Positions 9,683 through 16,456 of a stretch of 32,000 nucleotides of DNA are shown piece after piece (positions within the stretch are counted from its first letter, which is position 1; each line of letters opens with the position of its first letter). The DNA comes from Clostridia bacterium (GTDB lineage: Bacteria > Bacillota > Clostridia > TANB77 > CAG-508), in the NCBI GenBank assembly GCA_017528375.1, contig JAFXOY010000093.1, positions 1 to 32,000 on the forward strand, given 5' to 3'. The notes under the pieces are model-generated. The model did no database searches. It was given only the letters and a program-made list of their open reading frames with translations, and had not been told where the DNA came from. A program made the position numbers and the translations under genes.

Positions 9683-10564
9683 TTATTTTAATAAATATTT
9701 TAATGATCTAATATTAGTAGAAACATCTGTAGAAATTCCACCAATTAATTCTCTAATATAAGAGTTTGCTTTTGTTAATGCATAAATTGAACCAATACAA
9801 ATTACTTTAGAAAACATATCAGTTGATGAAAAGTTTGTAGAAAATACTACTAATAAAATAATTGAAACAAGCGATTGGAGTAATAGCAAAGACAAAATAG
9901 CTTTAAACCAAGATTTGAAAAACCATGAGGTTGAAGAATTAATTAAAGTTAAAATTGCAAAAGGAGTTATTAAAATAAATACTTTTAAAATGACATATCG
10001 TAAAGAATAAGTAAATAATAAATTCAGCAAGCTTACGGAAACAAAGCTTTTTAACAAGCCATCAAGTGAAAATACATTTACACTTGTAAAATCTGTGGTT
10101 ATAACACTATTTAATTTTAAAACTAACTCAGAAAAACTGATATTGCAATTAAAAACATGTTCACCAACTTCTCTTATTGATGATGATAAAAGGGAATTAA
10201 TATTTATTAATTGTTCCATTAAAAAATATGAAGAGTTAGCTAAAATTGCATATATAAATAATTTAAATAAAAATTGAAAAGGTTGCTCTGTTTCAGTTGA
10301 TAAATAATGTGCGGCAAAATACCTTATCACATAAAAAAGAGCAAAACCAAGTAGTAATGAATTTGCAACTAAAATTAATCCATGGGTTGATGACGTTCCA
10401 AAGAATGAAAGCATAAAATGATCTCTTAAAATATCAGTATCAATAAAAATTATATCATCTAAAATTGAATAAATATTATTATCAATAGACGAAAAAAGGG
10501 AAGAAAATAAAGTATTAATTGTTGTAATAATTGTTTGAACAATTGATGCTTGTGATTCTTGCAT
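9683..10564 (-). CDS. polytopic (about 6 TM) membrane protein, VirB6/TrbL-like candidate
   Basis: 293 aa with hydrophobic helices throughout. The call rests on its position between a VirB2-like and a VirB3-like gene. AGGAG RBS upstream. Confidence 0.45.
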   Translation of the reverse strand: MQESQASIVQTIITTINTLFSSLFSSIDNNIYSILDDIIFIDTDILRDHFMLSFFGTSSTHGLILVANSLLLGFALFYVIRYFAAHYLSTETEQPFQFLFKLFIYAILANSSYFLMEQLININSLLSSSIREVGEHVFNCNISFSELVLKLNSVITTDFTSVNVFSLDGLLKSFVSVSLLNLLFTYSLRYVILKVFILITPFAILTLINSSTSWFFKSWFKAILSLLLLQSLVSIILLVVFSTNFSSTDMFSKVICIGSIYALTKANSYIRELIGGISTDVSTNIRSLKYLLK

Positions 10565-10596
10565 TTAATAAAAACTCCTTTCTAATATATTTAATC

Positions 10597-10962
10597 CTAT
10601 CCAGCTAACAAGTTTTGAATAGTAGATAAAACTAAGTCTAAAACTAAAATCAGTGCATATGATACCAGAGCAGTTCTAATTAATTTTTTTCCAATTCTCA
10701 TTCTTTCATCATCACCAAAACTAAATTTTTTCATAAATATCCCGGAAGCTACGGCGACTGCAGCCGCAGGAGTTGCTAAGCTTACCATCCAAGATTTAAT
10801 TTTCTCAAAAGCTACATTTAAGGTATTAATTAATTTGGGATATGCAGCAAAAGAAAAGTTAGATAAAATAAAAATAAATATAATTGAAAAAATAAAAATA
10901 GTAGAAATATTATTAACATTAATAAATTTTTTTATATATTTCATAAAAATCAGCCCTTTCAT
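10597..10962 (-). CDS. VirB2/TrbC-like (or Maff2-like) small secreted two-TM protein
   Basis: Long signal peptide ending SFA/AYP. Then TM1 (ATPAAAVAVASGIFM), a short charged loop (KKFSFGDDERMRIGKK) and TM2 (ALVSYALILVLDLVLSTI), which is the classical T4SS pilin topology. Its ATG overlaps the upstream stop (ATGA at 10959-10962). An alternative ATG at 10944 has RBS aaaggg. Confidence 0.5.
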   Translation of the reverse strand: MKGLIFMKYIKKFINVNNISTIFIFSIIFIFILSNFSFAAYPKLINTLNVAFEKIKSWMVSLATPAAAVAVASGIFMKKFSFGDDERMRIGKKLIRTALVSYALILVLDLVLSTIQNLLAG

Positions 10963-12686
10963 AAAAATAATTTTTCATTTTTAAAATAAGGAATTAATTC
11001 TAATTTTTGTGGGGGTAAAATAGAATTTCCATTTGATAAAAAAGCGACACAATTAAATGTATCTAAATTTTGAGTGAAATAATTTGTATCAAAAATAAAG
11101 TCATGTTGAATTACTGAACTAATGCTTTCAGTAATACTTGAATTTTTTGAATTTAAGGAATTAGTAAAATAATTAAAAACAGTTTCTTTCGCGTTTTCGG
11201 AAACACTTTTTGAAATTTTTTGTTTATCTTCTTTTCCGATTTGTTTTTGAGCTTCCTCAATTGTAAAAGCATCATCGGTTCGAAGCCAAATTTTATTAAT
11301 TAAATTTTGAATAATAACTTTAACACTGGATTCATTATTTAAAGTTTTAAGAAGCGAAGTGTAGCTTTGTGTTGCAACAATATTTATGCACTTAGCTTCT
11401 CTACTTTGAGCAAAAAAGTCTGCATCAGTTGATGTGACATACTCGTGATATTCATCAGAAATAAAAGCAACAGTTCTTGAAACATTATTTTGAGCTAAAC
11501 TAGACAATACTTCAGTTTGAAAGTCAAGTTTTAAATATGCAGCTATAATTTTAGATAAATTTTTATATTCCGAAATATTCATATTTAAAATTACAATTTT
11601 TCCTTTATTAAGAATATCTGAAAGCGAATTCAAATTTTCTTCAGATTTATCTGGATTAAAAGTATGTAAGACTTGATAATCAGAAACAAAACAATTGGTA
11701 ATTCTTGTTATTTCAGATTTTAAAATACACATAGTACGATCATCTAACTTCAAAAATTCGTTTTCAAAAAAAGTAATGGCAGTTAGTAAATTATAGCAAT
11801 CTTGTTCATTGAATTCATTTTTTAAAAACATGCTTTTAAGTAAATCGATTTTGGAATAATAATAATTAGTATCAGTAATTAGTTTATGCAATTCGCTGAA
11901 ATTTACATAGTTATCGTTATATAATCTACACAGCTTAATTGCTTGTTCTATAATTTGTTCAGCCTTATCTAACCAATACGATTCTGAATTATTTTCAGAA
12001 AATAATAATAAAATAGTTTTTAATCTATTTGCTAAAATCGAGGCTTTAAGATTAGGTTTGTTTAAAGGGTTATATTTATATTTTCCACCAAGTTCAATAA
12101 CTATTAAATCGTCAAGTCTATTAAATTGTTTGCAAAATTCTGTTACTTGGAAATGATAATTACCTTTTACATCTAAAATAAGCATTCCAATTTTTTTATC
12201 TGGATTGTTATTTTGATAATAAATTAATTGTTTAGTAAATGGATACATAGCACTGCTAGTTTTTCCAGACCCAATGGTTCCGGTAATTATCATGTTCTGA
12301 TATAACCCTTTTTCTGGAACAATTACAGAATTATTATTTTTATCTTTTCCAATTAATAACTGCAAGCTATTTTTATCCAGTGAAGTTTTTGACTTTATTA
12401 TATTTGAATTTTTATTTATGGAATTATTTTCTATATGAGCATTAAAATGATTAATAAAAAATGAGAAAATAGAATTTGAAATAAATAGAGTATTAAACAA
12501 ACTACATACAATAAAAACAATTTTTATTGTAATCCATAACTTTGGTTGTTTTTCACAAATATCAAAAGGAACTAAGCCATAATATATATAAACAGAATCA
12601 AGTTTATAAATTGGTGAAAAAATAAAATATCCAATTGTAAAAATTGATAGTAAAATAAGTAAGTTAAAAATTAATCTTTTTTTCAT
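10959..12686 (-). CDS. type IV coupling protein-like ATPase (TraG/TraD/VirD4 family)
   Basis: 575 aa with two N-terminal TM helices. Motifs appear in T4CP order: Walker A ITGTIGSGKTSS (nt 12255-12281), LILDVKGNY, YNPL, ESYWLDKA, Walker-B-like VAFISDEYHEY, and NIVATQSYTSL (the TraG-D_C-type Q-S box). Strong RBS AAGGAGG. Confidence 0.65.
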   Translation of the reverse strand: MKKRLIFNLLILLSIFTIGYFIFSPIYKLDSVYIYYGLVPFDICEKQPKLWITIKIVFIVCSLFNTLFISNSIFSFFINHFNAHIENNSINKNSNIIKSKTSLDKNSLQLLIGKDKNNNSVIVPEKGLYQNMIITGTIGSGKTSSAMYPFTKQLIYYQNNNPDKKIGMLILDVKGNYHFQVTEFCKQFNRLDDLIVIELGGKYKYNPLNKPNLKASILANRLKTILLLFSENNSESYWLDKAEQIIEQAIKLCRLYNDNYVNFSELHKLITDTNYYYSKIDLLKSMFLKNEFNEQDCYNLLTAITFFENEFLKLDDRTMCILKSEITRITNCFVSDYQVLHTFNPDKSEENLNSLSDILNKGKIVILNMNISEYKNLSKIIAAYLKLDFQTEVLSSLAQNNVSRTVAFISDEYHEYVTSTDADFFAQSREAKCINIVATQSYTSLLKTLNNESSVKVIIQNLINKIWLRTDDAFTIEEAQKQIGKEDKQKISKSVSENAKETVFNYFTNSLNSKNSSITESISSVIQHDFIFDTNYFTQNLDTFNCVAFLSNGNSILPPQKLELIPYFKNEKLFL

Positions 12687-12814
12687 AATCCTCCTTTTTT
12701 AGTTTTAATTTTGAACCTTGTTGATTATGCAAAATTTTTATATCTATAAATGTGTATATAGTATAAAAACAAAGAATTAAATTAATAATAAATAATATGA
12801 AAAATAAATCTAAA

Positions 12815-12843
12815 GTTTTAATGGGAAATCTCCTTTCTGTCAA
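12815..12843 (-). promoter_or_regulatory. possible promoter of the T4SS-like operon
   Basis: On the minus strand: TTGACA (12838-12843), 17 nt, TAAAAC (12815-12820). The -10 element is weak. Confidence 0.3.
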
Positions 12844-12931
12844 ATAAATTATCTGACTTAAATAGAATTCTTTACTTTCTAAAGCATTTGTGATAAAATA
12901 AATACCAATACTATAAAGGAAGGTGAAATTA

Positions 12932-13117
12932 ATGGAAATAAATAAAGATACAAGAATAGGTGAATTATTACACGCTGCACCTGAAAAGGCAGAAATATTA
13001 TTAGAAGCTGGAATGCACTGTTTAGGATGCCCTGCTTCTCAAGCTGAAACATTAGAAGAAGCATGCGAAGTACATGGAATTAATGTTGATGAATTAGTAG
13101 AAAAATTAAATGCATAA
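12932..13117 (+). CDS. DUF1858-type small protein (hybrid-cluster-protein-associated redox disulfide domain)
   Basis: MEINKDTRIGELLHAAPEKAEILLEAGMHCLGCPASQAETLEEAC matches the conserved DUF1858 pattern with its CxxC. The ATG at 12932 (RBS aaggaagg) is preferred over the track GTG at 12923. Confidence 0.8.
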   Translation: MEINKDTRIGELLHAAPEKAEILLEAGMHCLGCPASQAETLEEACEVHGINVDELVEKLNA

Positions 13118-13203
13118 ATAAAAACAAGTAATGAATTAACTTTGAACAGTATAACACGTTAATATTGATTTGTCATCAAAAATCGTACGTCAAAGTTCGA
13201 CAA

Positions 13204-13245
13204 AAAAGGAAAAATTATATTAATATAATTTTTCCTTTTTATTAT
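13204..13245. terminator. bidirectional terminator
   Basis: Perfect 16-bp stem: aaaaggaaaaattata (13204-13219) pairs with tataatttttcctttt (13224-13239). A T-run follows. Confidence 0.7.
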
Positions 13246-13248
13246 TTT

Positions 13249-13824
13249 TTAAATTTCAAATATTTTATTTAATTCCCCTTTAGTCAATTCTAAATTTTTT
13301 CCGTTTTCAATTTTATAAACTTTAATATCAGGATATTTTTCAATCACTTCATCAGCCATTTTTAAATACTCACGTTGCTGAGCAATACTATTATCACCAC
13401 TAAATTTAGCATAAGCTGGTTCAACCTTGCCATCACGTTTTAATCTTTCCTCATATATACTTTCATCTTCTAAATAAAGAGTTAAATAATAAATATCAAA
13501 ATCTAATTTACTAAATTGTTCTAATAAATCATTATAAACTTCTGTAAAAGTATAATCCTTTTTTCCTAATCTACAATAATTTTCCTCAGTGAAGAAAGTT
13601 CTGTCAAATAATAGATTTATATCTAAATTTTCAAGCTTTTTAATATAATCTAACAAATCATAATACATTTTTTTACTTTTTTCTAAACCTGCAATTGAAG
13701 AATCGCTAACACCACTTAATCTATATAAGTTAGTATGTTTGATTGTGTATCTCAAATAGTCTGTAATAGTAGTTTTACCAGCACCTTGAGCACCTTCGAC
13801 AACAATAATTTTCGATCTTGCCAT
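13249..13824 (-). CDS. P-loop nucleotide/nucleoside kinase-like protein (thymidylate-kinase-like layout), function unknown
   Basis: Walker A VEGAQGAGKTT close to the N-terminus, a DR-containing box (LLFDRTFF) and a basic LID-like RLKRDGK. The start is set at the ATG at 13824 (MARSKIIVVEG). In-frame ATGs at 13833 and 13851 are alternatives. Confidence 0.55.
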   Translation of the reverse strand: MARSKIIVVEGAQGAGKTTITDYLRYTIKHTNLYRLSGVSDSSIAGLEKSKKMYYDLLDYIKKLENLDINLLFDRTFFTEENYCRLGKKDYTFTEVYNDLLEQFSKLDFDIYYLTLYLEDESIYEERLKRDGKVEPAYAKFSGDNSIAQQREYLKMADEVIEKYPDIKVYKIENGKNLELTKGELNKIFEI

Positions 13825-13931
13825 ATCTATCATTTCCCTTCTATTGTTCATTTATTTTACTTTAACATTAATAAAAAATAATTTCAATACAAAAAATAAA
13901 ATAAAAATTTAAAAAAAGTTTGAAGAAAGTA

Positions 13932-13960
13932 TTGACAAACTTTGTCAAATATATTAAAAT
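13932..13960 (+). promoter_or_regulatory. promoter of the tRNA-Lys/Glu/Thr cluster
   Basis: TTGACA (13932-13937), 17 nt, TAAAAT (13955-13960). Confidence 0.55.
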
Positions 13961-14013
13961 AATAACTGCGTTAACCAATAACAAGTTAATGCATGTGCAA
14001 AAAGCACTAACTT

Positions 14014-14089
14014 GGGTCATTAGCTCAGGTGGTAGAGCACTTGACTTTTAATCAAGTTGTCCGCGGTTCGAATCCGCGATGGCTCACCA
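14014..14089 (+). tRNA. tRNA-Lys (anticodon UUU)
   Basis: Cloverleaf folded by hand. Anticodon arm cttga-ctTTTaa-tcaag, T-loop ttcgaat, encoded CCA. 76 nt. Confidence 0.9.
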
Positions 14090-14091
14090 AG

Positions 14092-14136
14092 TCTAGGATT
14101 TAAGCGAAAACTTAAATCCTAGAAACTTATTTTTTA
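14092..14136 (+). terminator. perfect 13-bp hairpin plus T-run inside the tRNA cluster (attenuator or processing signal?)
   Basis: Stem tctaggatttaag (14092-14104) pairs with cttaaatcctaga (14111-14123). The run tttttt follows 7 nt later. Confidence 0.4.
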
Positions 14137-14144
14137 AAATATAT

Positions 14145-14219
14145 GGCCCGTTGGTCAAGCGGTTAAGACATCGCCCTTTCACGGCGGAGACATGGGTTCG
14201 ATTCCCGTACGGGTCACCA
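14145..14219 (+). tRNA. tRNA-Glu (anticodon UUC)
   Basis: Almost identical in layout to B. subtilis tRNA-Glu (GGCCCGTTGGTCAAGCGGTTAAGAC...). Anticodon loop ctTTCac, encoded CCA. 75 nt. Confidence 0.92.
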
Positions 14220-14225
14220 AAAAAT

Positions 14226-14302
14226 GCCACTTTAGCTCAGTTGGCCAGAGCACCGCACTTGTAATGCGGGGGTCCTCAGTTCGAATCTGAGAAGTGGCTC
14301 CA
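14226..14302 (+). tRNA. tRNA-Thr (anticodon UGU)
   Basis: Cloverleaf folded by hand. Anticodon arm ccgca-ctTGTaa-tgcgg, T-loop ttcgaat, encoded CCA. 77 nt. Confidence 0.9.
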
Positions 14303-14401
14303 TATAAAGGTCAGTAGTTTTGATTAAATCTTAATTACGGGCTTTTTTTTATTGCAAAAATATAGTATAATAGAAACATAGTAGTCAAAGGAGATGAAAA
14401 A

Positions 14402-15136
14402 ATGTTTAATAATAAAGTAGTAATAGTAACAGGAGGCTCAAGAGGAATAGGAGCCAGTATTGTTAAAGAACTTGCAAATTCTGGATATAACGTAGTTTTA
14501 AACTACAATAAATCTGAGGATGCAGCAAAACAAATAAAAGAAGAATTAATAAGCAGTGGAAAAACTGTGGATATCTATAAGGCAGATATTCGAAATAGAG
14601 AAGAAGTGAAAAGCTTAATAGAATTTACAATTAAAAAATACGGAAAAATAGATGTATTGGTTAATAATGCGGGAATAAGTCAAATTAAGCTATTTACAGA
14701 TATTTCAGATGAAGACTGGAACAATATGCTACAAACAAATTTAACATCAGCTTTTTATACATCACAGGAAGCTTTAAAATATATGATTCCCAAAAAACAA
14801 GGATGTATAATTAACATATCATCAATATATGGAACAACAGGCGCATCATGTGAAGTGCATTATTCAGCCGCAAAAGCCGGATTGGACGGAATGACAAAAT
14901 CATTAGCAAAAGAATTAGGATTATCAAATATAAGAGTAAATAGTATTGCACCAGGTGCAATAGAAACAGATATGAATGCATTTTTAACAGAAGATGAAAA
15001 AATAGAATTAAATAAAGAAATTCCATTAGGCAGAATGGGAAAACCGGAAGAAATTGCATCATGTGCTAAATTTTTAATAGAGAATGAATATGTAACAGGA
15101 CAAGTAATTTCAATAAATGGCGGATGGAATATTTAA
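14402..15136 (+). CDS. short-chain dehydrogenase/reductase, FabG-like 3-oxoacyl-ACP reductase
   Basis: TGGSRGIG cofactor motif, NNAG, and catalytic S...YSAAK. Similar along its whole length to FabG, but it is not in a fab operon, so the exact substrate is open. Confidence 0.85.
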   Translation: MFNNKVVIVTGGSRGIGASIVKELANSGYNVVLNYNKSEDAAKQIKEELISSGKTVDIYKADIRNREEVKSLIEFTIKKYGKIDVLVNNAGISQIKLFTDISDEDWNNMLQTNLTSAFYTSQEALKYMIPKKQGCIINISSIYGTTGASCEVHYSAAKAGLDGMTKSLAKELGLSNIRVNSIAPGAIETDMNAFLTEDEKIELNKEIPLGRMGKPEEIASCAKFLIENEYVTGQVISINGGWNI

Positions 15137-15148
15137 ATATAAAAAAGA

Positions 15149-15184
15149 AAACTATCACTAAAATAAATAAGTGATAGTTTTTTA
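15149..15184. terminator. bidirectional terminator
   Basis: Stem aaactatcac (15149-15158) pairs with gtgatagttt (15171-15180). A T-run follows. Confidence 0.65.
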
Positions 15185-15186
15185 TA

Positions 15187-15879
15187 TTATTTTTCATTAT
15201 TTTTATTTAAATTTCTTTTATAATTTCCAGAAATTAATTTTGGAACATAAGAGAAAAATTTGCAAACTGTTTCCCTTATTTTTTGAGTCCAATAAATAAA
15301 TCCAGTAGGTGCAAGAGCAATTGATTGTTCTTGTTGATTATTTACAGGATTTACTATTTCTGTAGCTGTAATGCACTCAACATTTTCATCGCTAGTACAT
15401 GGAATTTCAGTACATTGAATTGTTTCAATAGTATCATTTCCGTTTTTATTTATAAAAGTATCAACACTTGTTGGTACGCTAGCAACAACATCTTTAAGAA
15501 CACCATCAGACTGATTTAAATCTTGACCAAAATTTTTACCCCAAAAAACTAAAGTTTTTTGTTCTTGATTTTGATGAATTTCAGGTTTTTCAATATTGAA
15601 TGAATAATTTTTACCAAAATTATTATCCCATTCATTATTTTGATTTTTAAAGCAGAAATTTAAACTATCAGAACCAGCTAAATTTAATTCAGCTTGATAT
15701 CCTAAATCAGTTTTTTTCATTTCAATTTCATTTACATTGTTCCAATCTTTTCCATAACCATAATGTAGAAATACTTTTTCATTTTCACCTTGGTAGAATT
15801 TACCAGTATAAGAAACCTTAACATTTGTATTTTCAACAAGTTTATCAGTATTGAAATAGATATCTTTTACTAATTCCAT
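15187..15879 (-). CDS. protein with an N-terminal CBM25/CBM53-like starch/glycogen-binding module and an unknown C-terminal half
   Basis: VKVSYTG...VFLHYGYGKDWNNV...YQAELNL...LNFCFKNQNNEWDNNFGKNYSF fits the CBM25/53 pattern, including the WDNNxGxNY signature. No signal peptide is visible. Confidence 0.55.
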   Translation of the reverse strand: MELVKDIYFNTDKLVENTNVKVSYTGKFYQGENEKVFLHYGYGKDWNNVNEIEMKKTDLGYQAELNLAGSDSLNFCFKNQNNEWDNNFGKNYSFNIEKPEIHQNQEQKTLVFWGKNFGQDLNQSDGVLKDVVASVPTSVDTFINKNGNDTIETIQCTEIPCTSDENVECITATEIVNPVNNQQEQSIALAPTGFIYWTQKIRETVCKFFSYVPKLISGNYKRNLNKNNEK

Positions 15880-15916
15880 AAAATCTCTCCCTTTATTTTA
15901 TCTTTTGATTATCTAC

Positions 15917-15945
15917 ATTATATTATTAAAAAAATATTAATTCAA
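15917..15945 (-). promoter_or_regulatory. promoter of the CBM-domain gene
   Basis: On the minus strand: TTGAAT (15940-15945), 17 nt, TATAAT (15917-15922). Confidence 0.5.
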
Positions 15946-15972
15946 GTATTTTCAACAAAAATTTTAAAAAAA

Positions 15973-16138
15973 TGCACAGCTGGGGACGCGTCCCCGCTGT
16001 GCATTTTGCACAATGGGGGACACATCAAAGATTAAACATTTAAAGACCGTCCCTTTTTGTGTCAAAAATGTCCAATTCCGGGACGGACTCATTTTGGGAC
16101 ATTTTTGACCCAAAATGAGTCCGTCCCCAAATGTGTCA
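15973..16138 (-). repeat. composite GGGACG-core palindromic repeat element (A-type hairpin plus three B-type units)
   Basis: 15973-16003 (tgcacagctggggacgcgtccccgctgtgca) is identical to 27985-28015. The reverse complements of 16106-16138 and 16035-16064 each match 24920-24952 and 24957-24986 with a single mismatch. The element holds seven GGGAC(G/A)/(C/T)GTCCC cores. Confidence 0.9.
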
Positions 16139-16147
16139 AAAAAACAC

Positions 16148-16177
16148 TTGACTTTTATAAGTCGAAAGTAGTATAAT
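16148..16177 (+). promoter_or_regulatory. promoter of tRNA-Lys(CUU)
   Basis: TTGACT (16148-16153), 18 nt, TATAAT (16172-16177). Confidence 0.5.
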
Positions 16178-16205
16178 AATCAATGTGTTAACAAACTAAT
16201 TAAAT

Positions 16206-16281
16206 GGGTGATTAGCTCAGTTGGTAGAGCAGCTGACTCTTAATCAGAAGGTCCGGGGTTCGAGACCCCGATTGCCCACCA
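16206..16281 (+). tRNA. tRNA-Lys (anticodon CUU)
   Basis: Cloverleaf folded by hand. Anticodon loop ctCTTaa, with a G-A mismatch at the top of the stem. T-loop ttcgaga, encoded CCA. 76 nt. Confidence 0.85.
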
Positions 16282-16282
16282 A

Positions 16283-16320
16283 AAAGCAAGAAAACGTAAA
16301 AAGTTTTCTTGCTTTTTATT
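16283..16320 (+). terminator. intrinsic terminator after tRNA-Lys(CUU)
   Basis: Perfect 13-bp stem: aaagcaagaaaac (16283-16295) pairs with gttttcttgcttt (16303-16315). The run ttatttt follows. Confidence 0.75.
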
Positions 16321-16378
16321 TTGCAAAAATTTCCATGTGAAAAATGCATAAAAAACGACAAAAAAATTAATAATTTTA

Positions 16379-16407
16379 TTGACAGTAAATTTTTTTATAT
16401 TTATAAT
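16379..16407 (+). promoter_or_regulatory. consensus sigma-A promoter of the LPXTG surface protein gene
   Basis: TTGACA (16379-16384), 17 nt, TATAAT (16402-16407). The ORF-track start at 16379 is actually the -35 box. Confidence 0.6.
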
Positions 16408-16456
16408 TTATGTAGTGCTAATGCATAAGAAAAAAGTAAAAAAAGGAGGGAAACTG

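Noticed and set aside
12690-12843. A possible roughly 50-aa hydrophobic ORF upstream of and overlapping the T4CP-like gene start (ATT or TTG start; ...LDLFFILFIINLILCFYTIYTF...).
   Set aside because: There is no ATG or GTG start. The TTG coincides with the candidate -35 box and has no RBS, and the AGGAG precedes only an ATT codon. A hydrophobic translation is expected by chance from T-rich DNA. It is worth re-checking only if ribosome profiling exists.
9300-12931. att-type direct repeat of the tRNA-Pro 3' end, or an integrase, delimiting an island around the T4SS-like module.
   Set aside because: I could not find any copy of the tRNA 3' segment (for example cctgtcgcctcga or its complement) in 12687-12931, and no recombinase ORF is present. 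Island boundaries therefore remain undefined.
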